A DNA stretch of 63,950 nt, filler included, from Lenisia limosa (taxonomy: Eukaryota; Protista; Breviatea), in NCBI GenBank assembly GCA_001655205.1. It is 14 parts of 14 records of this genome, joined end to end, with 100 filler letters (N's around TTAATTAATTAA, not from the genome) between each part and the next. Parts side by side here need not be neighbours in the genome. Positions count along the whole stretch, not along the records: positions 23,047 to 27,606 come from LPNZ01006612.1; positions 27,707 to 31,457 come from LPNZ01001230.1; positions 31,558 to 40,986 come from LPNZ01006737.1; 11 more parts are not named here. One strand, given 5' to 3'. This document shows positions 23,616 through 35,502 of this stretch, in pieces. The position numbers and the translations under genes were made by a program. Within the stretch, counting starts at the first letter, position 1. Each line of letters begins with the position of its first letter. A model generated the notes under the pieces. It made no database searches. It saw nothing but the letters and a program-made list of their open reading frames with translations, and was not told where the DNA came from.

Positions 23616-25931
23616 CTAGAATCCTCGTAAAGCTGGGAGTTGGCGGTGTCTTCTCAACTCATCAATGACACCCCTTCAAACTCTCTAGCTTTCACTCAAG
23701 TGTAGAGAAGAACATAACTAGTAGATACATAGAAGGCCACCTGACCACCCAACTATTTTACTTCCAAGCAATTACCCCCCCCCCCCANNNNNNNNNNNNN
23801 NNNNNNNNNNNNNNNNNNNNNNNNNNNNNNNNNNNNTTCGATGAGAAGACACTGGTGAACTTTAATATGTCCATCAAGGTGGCTACAAATTGGTGAAAAA
23901 TAGAAATAGGTTCTTGCTCTCAACAAAAACGTCTGTTCCACTTGTTATGAGAGCCTATGAACTAGGGGCTTTCTACAACAATTACGTAGGCTTCAGCTAT
24001 TGACTATCCAGTGATACTACCAAAATCATGAAATCATTAGTGACACTCTCAAGAGGCCTGGCTGCGTGGTAATGTGTTTCAGGCTACTATGAGGTTCCAA
24101 GATTGGGATGGGTATGCTCACCAAAGTATAAAAAAAGAAACAATACCAATAATATACACATTTAAGACATTGTTTTGCAGTTTACACTATCGTAAGCCCT
24201 CGGCAGAGCAAAACCTGATTTATGCACCCTCAGACGTTTCCTTATATTTCATGTATCTTTTTAGACAAGAAAATATGGATTCAAATCCGCACTCACTCCT
24301 TGGCGAAAACCCGCACGCCGCCTTCAATATCTTCAAAGTTGCCTTCACCAAACTAGGAAATTAGTCAAGAAAACATTGAATAAAAGATTCCACCCTCATA
24401 ATATCAAGCCGAAAAAGACCGGTAAAATATCGATAATTTTTAAATTTATCGAGATTTTCAGCCTTTTATTGAAATGAGTGAAACTCAAGAACCCCAGCAT
24501 ACTGCTTCAACAAGATGGTCATAAGGCGGCGTAGTGGTTACAAAGAACACGTCGATACCGTCCAAGGTCACTACCGGTTCTAAGTTGTAAGTTTGGTGCA
24601 GAAATGGTCAAAATTGCATTAAATAAACAAACTAATATAATTATAAATTTATTGACGAAAAACTAAGAAGCTTTTGTATACCAAATATCAAACATTTCAG
24701 GAAAGAAAAACAAAAAGAAAAGATGAGAAGGTCGATAATGATAACCCACTTCTCGCAGTCATGAAGAGGGGTGCTACCTCCTTTGAAGTATACTCTAGGC
24801 TGTTAGTAGGGCAGTTCAAGGGGGTACAGCAAGGTTAATGAAAAGCAGCCTCATTATTATCAAAACGGTGAAATAAAAGAACAAATAAAAAGTTTGGATG
24901 ATAACAACCGTTTCATATGAGAAGATGAAGATTTCTTAAATATGTCTTCGATACTATCCGCCGATATTTCACACTTTCACTGACATAAAACATGTATAAT
25001 ATGTAGATATATATACAGTGACTGCGATCACAGTCCTTTACGCTGCTGATGGCTTGACAAATCTTTCCATATTTTAAGATTTGTCTACAAATACACTCAT
25101 ATATTACATATGTGACAAAACGTATCAATTAACATTGAATGGATAGTCAACAAAATCACATCACCGTACCTCTCATGCCTTCTCCCTCGGTATCCTTATT
25201 CAATAGGCATACGCGGGTCTTTGCAGTGGTCACACAATCTGTTCTGATAAGATGGAAGAAAGAAGTATGATCTTGTCAAATTAAGGATGGAAGCAACATC
25301 AGACAAGGAGGTGTTTGTTAAATGAGATGATAGAAGAAACAAGAGAGGATGGAAGGCACAAGACTTTCTGTCCATACATAAAGGGAAGGAAAACCAAATA
25401 AGGATGGAAGAAACAACAAATAAGGATGGAAGGAACAAAAAATACGGAAGGGGGGAACAAGACTTGTTCAAATTGAAGAAATAAGGATGAGTTATCAACA
25501 AATAATCTGCCAAAGATCATGGATGTCAAAGAAGATGATGGAAGAAGGGAGTGTAGCAATGGCAAGATTTCCAAATACCAGCTTTAACCAAATATTACTC
25601 TCCAACTCTGAATAATAAAAGCTTGATTAACTCACATATCACAGCCAAATATTGATCAAAAATGAGGCTTGCTTGTGACTTTTTCGCTGGTATTTCAAAA
25701 AAATCTCAAGCAATCCTCTTTTGATCAATCAGCCTTTTTATGGTCATTAGCTCCACACCCCATACCAGCGTCAGGAGGTGCATCAAAGCTGTCAGGAACC
25801 GCAAACAGCAACTGTATGAATTATTGGAATTCAGCAAAAACACGAAGGGTTTCCCTGAGACTCACATTGTCTCCAGCAAACACTCCTGCCACAAGAAGCA
25901 GCAGGAGGGGGATGATGGGGAGCTTTGTCAT
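23616..25931 (-). CDS. Secreted hypothetical protein, multi-exon
   Basis: Starts MTKLPIIPLLLLLVAGVFAGDN (signal peptide) followed by a GTGAGT donor. Further exons LLFAVPDSFDAPPDA, CVTTAKTRVCLLNKDTEGEGMR, PVVTLDGIDVFFVTTTPPYDHLVEA and FGEGNFEDIEGGVRVFAKE. One phase junction and the 3' end are unresolved. Confidence 0.55.
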
Positions 25932-26459
25932 CGAACTCCTATCCCTATCACTTGTCACTACACTGTACTACTCTCTGGCCTGCTCTCTCTCAATACAGAA
26001 ACAACACACACAGAAGATTGCAGGATTGCATGGAAAAACCACAGAGGGACAAAAATTGCTCTGGTCCGGTTCGGAGTTGCACGGACCAGTCCACATTTTT
26101 ATTAAATCCAATCATGGTTTCAGTTTTTTTTTGGGCTGTTGTATGTGTTCTGTCATTGTTGTATTGTTACATTGTGTCCATTAGCTATAGGCTTTTCAAA
26201 GGATTTGAGGCTTTTGGGCACAATTTGGGCAGGGATATGTAAATTTTTTGAGTTCGAAATTTAGTATCTGGAACCTCCTTGGTCTGTGATATAGTGTTCT
26301 CCCCTGGATAAAATTGATACAGTTGGGTAGTGCTATTTTCCAATAAGATACTCAACTCCTCACCTTCGATACCCACATTAATAGTGTAGAAACTAAAACC
26401 TGCATGAATTAAGAACGATATAAACCATAAAAAGAAGAGAAACAAAACCAGCATTTAAT

Positions 26460-29400
26460 CTATTCAGTTTTCTTGGCCTTCTTAGAATCCTCATCAGCCT
26501 CGCGGCGTCTCTTCAGGCTCTTTGCCTTCTTCACCTTCTTTCCCGTCTTCTCCTTCTCCTCCTTGTTGGAGGAAAAAGCTTCACGAAGCTTGGCTTCTTT
26601 TTCCTCCTTAGCCTTCTTCTTAGCCTATTTGAGTTAGGGAATAAAGATTACCAGAGTTTCGCACAATCACATTATATATTGTGACCGATTTGCTCTGTGA
26701 TTTCACAAGGAAAATAGGTCAAGACTTATCACGGTACCTGTACACCCACCATTTCGCGTTCTTTCTCTACTCGGACGATTTCTGCCCGGTCGGCCTCGAC
26801 AATTCCGATGTCAAGCTTGGCGCCCCACATCTGAAAAATAATTCAAAATAATGAAGCGGGACCAATTGAAACATGAACCTTATCCGACACTTAATTTGAA
26901 ACTTGAACCCCTTATCGGACACTTAAATTGAAACATGAACCCCTTATCGGACACTTAATTTGAAACTTGAACCCCTTATCGGACACTTAAATTGAAACAT
27001 GAACCCCTTATCGGACACTTAAATTGAAACTTGAACCCCTTATCGGACACTTAAATTGAAACTTGAACCCCTTTTCCCTCCAAAAAAGAAGAAGCAATAC
27101 GTCACCCCCTCTCCCTCCAAAAAAGAAGAAGCAATACGTCACCCCCCGGACATTCAGCAGATTGCTGGCCTGTGATGAAACCTGGGCGTTGGCTGCGACC
27201 AGTTTGTGGATTGCTGACGTCATGCCATTGCTCTCCATCAGGCTGGAGAGCTGGGGAGGGGGGGGGGGGTAAAATTAAAATATTAAGGAAACAAAACGAA
27301 AAAAAACCAAACGAAAAAAATTAGAAATTTTATGGAAGACGAAAACTGCAATAATAGTACCCCTTAACCAAATGAAAATACCCCTCTTTAAGTACCCCCT
27401 GTCAATTGTTGTCTATTTAATACCAAAATCGAAACACATTGTTGAAGCACTAGAGCACCAATATCATGCCAATTGCCCATTATCATAATAACACCCCCTG
27501 TTAATACCTTGTCTTCAGCAAGGGATTTGACACGGTTGGCAACGGCGCGTGCTAAGAGCAAGCCGGGCCTGACGTCCTTGGCGTTCTGAGGAGTTATTAT
27601 ATACTANNNNNNNNNNNNNNNNNNNNNNNNNNNNNNNNNNNNNNNNNNNNTTAATTAATTAANNNNNNNNNNNNNNNNNNNNNNNNNNNNNNNNNNNNNN
27701 NNNNNNCAATCATTTGCCTTACAACTCTGTGCACACAGCTTTCTGCCTACCTCCCCAGCATACGGTTCATTATAGTAACAACAAAATACCCTCCCCTCCC
27801 ATTCTGACACCCTGTTTCCCACGATGATAGACTGGATAATTGACGAGACGTTGCGCTCATTTAAAGTCTCCTCAAGGGCGGCAAATGCGATGGCTCGGGC
27901 CTATGGGGTGAGTGGGCTGTGGGCTGAGCGGAAATGAAAAAATAAACAAAGCCCAGGCTAGTCGATTCTGCAGCTCCGCATCCATTACTCCAGATGTTTG
28001 TTTTGCAATAACCCATGATTATGTGTACGGCTTCAGCCTGATGCTAAGCTCAATAACCCTATCAGTGTGCATAGCTTTTGAATGCCTCACAATGATATGA
28101 AGCTGAATAAGTACTTGGTGATATGATATGCTTTATAGTAAGCCAATATAGTGTCCTCACTTCTTCAACCGGAGCAACCCGTGCCGCCTGGACGAGAGCG
28201 CGCTGAGCAATGGCCTTGGCCAGAACGATTGGGTTCATCAAGGGGTTGGTTGTGATGAAGTTGGCGCATTGGTAACTTGAGGCCATGTTAGCCTTGGAGA
28301 TGTCCACGGCTCTGGAGGTGTGAATAAACAACAAGGTAGGTTTACCCGTCTTGAAAGTGAAAAAATATTCATCACGATATGTCAAGCTTCTAATTGACTA
28401 CTATCCACTAGAGGTTAAGAAGAGATATCTAGAGATTAACCAGAGATTAACTCGAAATTCAATATGATTGATTAGAGAACCACAAACGGTGGAAAGTCAG
28501 TTTGAGTTTTTTCAGATACAGGTTCCTGAGGTGTTGGTGGTGACGAGGGGCTATGACGGTTAGTTCGTGGAATGTGCAGTGTTTATTGAAAGAGAATGCA
28601 TTTAATAACGTCGAATAAAGAGCCTATCCCATCAATACAAAAAAGTACAAGTGGATACCATCGACATAATTACAATAATAACCAAAGGAGTATCGTCCAT
28701 TTTCGTTGATAATAATTTAATATATCATGCCTCATTTATTGTATTCGACTCACATAGGAGTTGGGGTGTTTGTTGGGCTTGAGGGTTTCGAACCTCCACT
28801 GGGAGGAGTAAAACGAGTAAAATTGGAAAATTTATGAAACAAAACAAAACCCCAAAAAAACGCTAAGAAGGGAGGGGGGTGTAAAGGAAGGGTATTTCGA
28901 CAATTTTGAGCTAAAACTTAAGGAACAATTGTTTCAAAATTTGAGAGATTCGTGATTTTAAAGAAAAATATAAACAAAAGGAAAGCAAAACAAATCATAA
29001 TAATCATAATCAACAAATAACAAAAGAAGCTCAGCCAACCTGAAAACAAAGGAGGGGTCCACAAAGTAGCTGGTCTTATTCCTGGCACCCATCACGACAG
29101 ACTGGATGAATTCCTTCGGTGCACCAAAGTCCCTTTTTCCCATTGCAAAGTGCTCGCAATAGCGGGCGGTGACAGATGCTATTGTCATTTTGTAATTCTA
29201 AAAAAAGTAAGTGAAAAGGCTGAAAAAACGAAAATAAACTCTGCAAGAGGTGGAGTGTCTACAGGTGAGGGGAGAGTTAATGTGTGTTTGTATGTATGAA
29301 TGTATATCATATCATATAGTAAATGTACATGTACAGTGTATATACATGTACAGTACGTAAAATGTGTTTGTGTGTGTGTGTGTGTCTAAGTGTATGTACA

Positions 29401-31263
29401 TATCCATATATATATACATGTATATATATATATATGTATATCGATATGTACAGTATATAATATGTAGTAGTATATCATATCATATCATATGCGTGTGTAT
29501 ATACATGTGGGAGTTATCAGGCTGTAAGGGGAGATTACAGAGGAAATGGTCATTTTGTACATTTGAGGGGGTGGGATGTAGATGCGGGTGATATGTGTTA
29601 ATGTGTATTTTGTGTGTAGGTAGCATCACTCATGTTCCTCCCATTCCTTATCCCCCACCAGCATGGGCTTTGTTTGTTTTGTTTTTCTCAACCCTCGTGT
29701 GTTGTCAGCCAACAGAGTTGATTTTGGGCCTTTTTATTTCATATATTTTCCAACACTACGGCGCATCGACTTGGGATTCCCGTGTTGTGCTTGGGAATCC
29801 CATAAATTACTTCAGATTTCCACAAGAATCCCATGTAAACAATGGGAATCCTAACATTTGATAAGAATCCCAAGACAATGCCTCCCCCACCTTATTTTTC
29901 ATCCAGTGGACAAGTGCCAGGATGGAGTTTCTCCAGTCTCTTTGTGGAAGGATTCTTCGATTGGGATGTTTCCGCACCACTAGATTCTAGGGGGAGGGGG
30001 GGTAAATGGATAATTTATGAAATAAAAAAAGCCCAAAATAAACTCTGTTGGCTGACAACACACAAGGGGTTGATACTAATAAAGGGAAATTCGATGAAGA
30101 CTGTTGGTAAACAGTTATTAATTACGAAGCGAAAAATCTTAAACTCGAAAACACAAAACAAGCAACAACAAATTGTGCCCTCAAGAAAACACCCTCTCCT
30201 CCACCCACGTCATCCTCATTCAACGCCATTCGAGCAAGACTGTTCCGGAACAGGACTTTCCTAGGCTTTTCGGAGTCGTCATCGCTCATGAAGCCGAGTT
30301 TGAGAAGCTGCTCCTCTGTCGGCAGATGACGAGGCTTCTGAAGGCTGGGGGGGGGGGNNNNNNNNNNNNNNNNNNNNNNNNNNNNNNNNNNNNNNNNNNN
30401 NNNNNNNNNNNNNNNNNNNNNNNNNNNNNNNNNNNNNNNNNNNNNNNNNNNNNNNNNNNNNNTTATATCATACATATTTGATATACTACTATCGGATATG
30501 ATATCTTAGTTATATCATACATATTTGATATACTATCGGATATGATATCTTAGTTATATCATACATATTTGATATACTATCGGATATGATATCTTAGTTA
30601 TATCATATTATATCATATATCTATATGTACATGTACATAATATATAAATATATTGAAAAGCTATAATTACACATACAAAAAACCGCCACTTTGTTGAGGG
30701 GAGGTCGGCATTTAGTAGTGATTAAGTAACAAAATTGAGAAATAAAGATAACCAAACAACAAGAGGGGGGTGGAGATCGTTGTTCCTTAAATATCCCTTC
30801 AATTGGCCTTGCGTTAGAGCAACACCCATACCTCCTTCCTCCTCTTATCATCACCCACCTGGTTCTAAACAGGGAAATCAGCTCGGAGCTCAGCCCTCTG
30901 TGCATCTCTTTCTCATCTACTTCATCTTCTTCATCCTCATCATCAGAGTCGATTAGCTCTGGAGTGGACATCCGCATTCTCTGTGGGGTTTGTCATAACG
31001 GGTGTAGAATATCATAATATAATATGCTATTCTTCATTGATATTGTATTGGATTTACCTTCAATATTCTTCTTCGAAATGTCCTTCACCCTCTCACTGGT
31101 ACTGGATTCTCAGGAGTCTCTACAGGCACGGTCAGCATTTCGGGTAGGCTTTCGAGGGTAACTAAATCGCTGTCACGGTCCTCGTTTTCCCGAATTGATT
31201 CACTTGGTGGAGATTCCATTGGGGGGTCCAGTTCGGGAGTTGACAGTCTTTGAGGGCCTTTTT
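26460..31263 (-). CDS. Hypothetical protein with an acidic N-terminal region, Ala-rich helical segments and a Lys-rich C-terminus; appears to span the 27651 linker
   Basis: About 14 canonical exons, including DSDDEDEEDEVDEKE, IVLAKAIAQRALVQAA, ARAIAFAALEE, LLLARAVANRVKSLAEDK and the last exon AKKKAKEEKEAKLRE...KKTE* (TAG at 26460-26462). Confidence 0.6.
26863..27073. repeat. 32-bp intronic minisatellite, about 6.5 copies
   Basis: Unit AAATTGAAAC(A/T)TGAACCCCTTATCGGACACTT, head to tail with no spacers. Confidence 0.95.
30463..30606. repeat. ~44-bp AT-rich tandem repeat, about 3 copies
   Basis: TTATATCATACATATTTGATATACTATCGGATATGATATCTTAG repeated. Confidence 0.9.
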
Positions 31264-31557
31264 CTGAGGGGGTGAGTGGAAGTTATGACCTTGACAATTT
31301 GATTACACCAAAACAGGTCAAATGTGGAAAAGCCCTAACCCAAAAGCGCATCATTTGATACGATAAGTTACGATAAAATATTTGATAATTTATGTAGTAT
31401 AAAAGGGTCGTCACATGTAATACATATGATATAGTACATATAATGCTATTATGTATANNNNNNNNNNNNNNNNNNNNNNNNNNNNNNNNNNNNNNNNNNN
31501 NTTAATTAATTAANNNNNNNNNNNNNNNNNNNNNNNNNNNNNNNNNNNNNNNNNNNN

Positions 31558-32210
31558 GGGTCCGACTGAACTGCAGGAGGTTCCTGAAAAGCACGCTCGT
31601 TTCAATGTTTGCTGATGTTTTTATGTGAAAGAATAAAAAAAATCGCAAATACCGATTAGGGTATATCAAGAAATTTCGTCTTTTTGGGACCGAAGGGAAG
31701 ACATAAGAATAGTGGAACCATTTCAACTCGGACGGGATACTATTTTGCCCTTTAGTTTCCATATTTGTGTCGAGCCTCACATCGTTTCAACGGAATATGG
31801 TCACCCTTTGTCTTTGTTTTCAACCCTCTTGTGTGTAAGAGTTGTTTAACCGATGGATTTTGTTTTTCTCGTGTGTTTTCTTTTTTTGTTTCATAAATTT
31901 TTCATTTTTACCCCCCCCCCCCCCCNNNNNNNNNNNNNNNNNNNNNNNNNNNNNNNNNNNNNNNNNNNNNNNNNNNNNNNNNNNNNNNNNNNNNNNNNNN
32001 NNNNNNNNNGAAAGTTCCGAGGATGAGGTCAACGAAACGGTTGGGAGGGGGGTTCTTTAACTCAGTACCAACAATTGCCGAATTAATAGTTATCAACGCC
32101 CTATCAACTTAATAAGTTCAATATATAAAAACCCATTTTAAAACGTATCCCTTTATCTTGAGTTCCTCTATGACCACTACAGGTGAAAGATGAGCCCGAT
32201 TTTGATGATG
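31558..32210 (-). CDS. Fragmentary hypothetical gene
   Basis: Open exon-like segments NPPPNRFVDLILGTF and ANIETSVLFRNLLQFSRT, cut by gaps. Confidence 0.35.
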
Positions 32211-33686
32211 GCTGGGGGGTGCGACATTCCAACACAGCATATGACCAAGTTGGGGGGGGGGGGGATTCATAGGTTAGCTTCATAGCACATCGTAACCACT
32301 TAGCTTCATAGCACATCGTAACCGGAAAACAGTGTGAAATATTTATTCCGCTTTCAGATAATTAGCTACTTTTGTGATATTTATGTAGATATATCGGATC
32401 TGTACAGACACACACACAATATCGATTAATATTTACCGCTCATGCACTGGTCTGATCCACTCTCACTGCACTGGTCTGATCCACTCTCTAGAACCAGGGT
32501 GTCAGGGCTCCTCCACACCTCTAGAATCACGTTATGTTTCCTTTTTTGCTTTGCTATGTCTTTTTGCTGTTTTGATATCCGCATGGTGTGTGTTATATAT
32601 TTCTGCCAAGTTTTTGGGATTTTGGGAAGCAGATGCAGTGATATAGATGAGGTGGTAGAAGTACTATCATTAGCCATGCAGTAGCCATATATCCATATGG
32701 TGTACTGGCAAACATCTGGTGTGCCTGGTACAAAGATGATATACATATGGTCATGTGCCTCCTCAATGATGTGATGTTGTGCCATTATGAAAGTGATTTT
32801 TCCCCAAATATTTCCAAGATATTTCGATATCCTGAAACAATCCTGAAACTAACTCAAAACTAACTAATCCAATAATCCCAAATCCAACCAGCCAGCCCAA
32901 AGCCAGCCACAAAAAAATTCAGCTATTATCAAATCACAATGTTCAATGCCCATTATTCGGAAGCTTACTCCGAGACAACAATCCTTTTTGCTACACGCTA
33001 ACTTTTCCGTTAAAGCGTTAAAGCCAGTTGGTTAAAGCAAAGTGCCTTTTATATACGTTGGAATACATTAAAATACTGACATATACTTCAATAAATTGAG
33101 ATATTCCTTCTTATTTTTCGGAGTTTTAGTGATTACACCGGTGTTAAACAGTTTGGGAGCTGTAAGCTTCATGGAAAATTGAATATTAGATAGGTATCCG
33201 AGTTTTCCTTGAAGGAGTTTGAGGAGGAAGTCAAGTTTGTTCTCTAAGGAGCAACTGGTCTTCCTCAAGCCATGAAAGTCCTAGAATTGTAAGAATGGAA
33301 CTTTTCTGTTGATCCCTTGACGCATTCTCACTTGCCTTCTGATCTCACTGAATATAGCCGAGTACCTCTTCCATTTTCGGTTGAAGAAGTAGGAAAGGGT
33401 TTCTTTGAATGCCCCTTCTTTTGCACCATTTGCTGGGTAGATTATTAGAAATTAACGAACTTCCTCATGATATTTTATCAATTCTGATGTTGTTTTTCGA
33501 ATGGCAAATAATTGAGAAGGAACGTAACCATCCATGCTTTACTGATCTTTTCACCTGTAATTCTTTTCTATCAATCTCTGACGATGGAAGAGGATGATCA
33601 TTCACTTCTTGATATAAGGAAAGCGTAATCCACACTATTGATGCCTTTTTCCCTTTTTGTCGCCTATGCCCACTCTGTGGTCATTC

Positions 33687-34605
33687 TTCAGTTCCGTGTG
33701 GGTCAGCGTTATGTCAACTACCGCAAGGCCCTGGAGGAAACGGGCGAAGGCGAGGGTGTTGATGTGGGGGGGGGGGNNNNNNNNNNNNNNNNNNNNNNNN
33801 NNNNNNNCTTGTATGATGTTGATAAAAGTGCTTGGTTGTTTTGTTATTTCATTTCTACACGAATTCTACATAGTCCTCCACTCACCCTCCCCTGCAGTTT
33901 TTGGATGATGAGATGTACTTCACAGACTTTGGTGTGAAGGGGAAGCGAACAGTGAAGAACATTAGACTTGAATCGAAGTGCCCGCGATGGATGAATGTGG
34001 GGGTGGCAAGACTGAATTTCTCGATAAATCCTTGAAAACTATCGATATTTTCCCAGTTTTTTTTGGAACCAAAGTGAAGCCCTAGGTGTGTTACCCTGCA
34101 ATAATCAAATACCAGCGGGTCTTGTTTTTGCTCGCTTGTGTTTTCCGATTATTGTATTCTTAAATGTTTGTAATAAATGCAATGGGGAATGTAATAAATG
34201 CAATGGGGAATTGTAACATTAGTTTATATTATTAGTAGTACGCATGGTTGCACTTAGTAACCAGAGTATCATCAGTAACCATGTATATCTCCATTTGCAT
34301 TATAAGTCAGCATGTGTAACCATGTAGGCGTTGATTTCGAAGAAGAAAGCTGTTGTTCGCGAAGAGGAGTGGAACGAATATCCTTGCTTACGCTCCACTT
34401 ACTCGGTTGGCTGTTGATATTGTTGCACAGTTTAAGATGCACTGTATTAATTGGGGATTCTTTGGTTAATATATACTCGCTGTTGTGTGTGGTTGGAATA
34501 TATTGGGCTGTTGTGTGTGGTTGAAATATATTGGGCTGTTATGAATCGTTCAAGCAGCCAAAGCCTGTGCAACAAGAAAAGCCTTGTTCATGCATTCTGG
34601 ACTAG
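33687..34605 (+). CDS. Hypothetical membrane protein 3' part, weak TMEM151-like resemblance
   Basis: Exons FRVGQRYVNYRKALEETGEGEGVD / FLDDEMYFTDFGVKGKRTVKNIRLESKCPRWMN / a hydrophobic segment / ALISKKKAVVREEEWNEYPC / QPKPVQQEKPCSCILD*. Junctions after WMN are not fully resolved. Confidence 0.4.
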
Positions 34606-34814
34606 TTTGAGTGTTGTAAACTTAATCTTAATTGACCGCATTGAGACACTGTGTAAAACAGCCTTGAACTATGAGATTTATGGCTTGGCAGCTGATAATT
34701 TCTTTGATTCTGACCCCCAACAACATGTTTATCTTCGTTGACATTGTAGTGTCCCTTGGTTGAAAAGTTTAGCCTCTCCCATGACTCTCTTTTCTTAGAC
34801 CCCGAGGAAGTCCA

Positions 34815-34978
34815 CGATAATGTTTGTGGCTTTGTTTGCTTGTTATATATTCGGATTTAACGATAATGTTTGTGGCTTTGTTTTGCTTGTTATATTCGGA
34901 TTTAACGATAATGTTTGTGGCTTTGTTTGCTTGTTATATTCGGAGCTTTGTTTGCTTGTTATATTCGGATTTAACGAG
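34815..34978. repeat. ~45-bp tandem repeat, about 3.5 copies
   Basis: CGATAATGTTTGTGGCTTTGTTTGCTTGTTATATTCGGATTTAA repeated. Confidence 0.9.
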
Positions 34979-35502
34979 GTTGCCCTTTATTCTCTAAATC
35001 TGTTGAAAAATACGGACTTAATGTATTATGAACACCACAACAAATGCATCGCTACTTGTCATAAATTTACACGTTATGCTATTCTCAATAACATTATCCA
35101 TTCTCGAGTGATTGGATGCGGTGCTGCAGAAGCGACTGGCATGGGCTTTGTTTGTTTTGTTGCAATCAACCCGTGTGTTTTGTCAGCCAACAGAGTTGAT
35201 TTGGGCCTTTTNNNNNNNNNNNNNNNNNNNNNNNNNNNNNNNNNNNNNNNNNNNNNNNNNNNNNNNNNNNNNNNNTCGAGATCGATATTGCCCTAGACCC
35301 TATTCGTGGGTGGCTAAGGGGTTGGATTTCTCATGTACACACGTCTGACCTTTTGAAAGACTTTTGAGGCGAAATGATAAGGAAGATAAGATATAATATC
35401 AGAGTTTTATTGGGGGTAGCATTTGTATTACGATACAATACATCGTAATGTGATATTTTTGTTGCTCTTTAATTGATAATTCTTCGAGTGTTGACTTTTT
35501 GC

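Noticed and set aside
26863-27073. CRISPR-like array (32-bp repeats)
   Set aside because: The units are contiguous with no unique spacers, lie in a eukaryotic intron, and no cas genes are present.
33050-33600. Exon-like or NB-ARC-like segment (VSEFSLKEFEEEVKFVL*GATGLPQAMKVLE)
   Set aside because: No consistent open exon chain on either strand, and the motif resemblance is too short to support a call.
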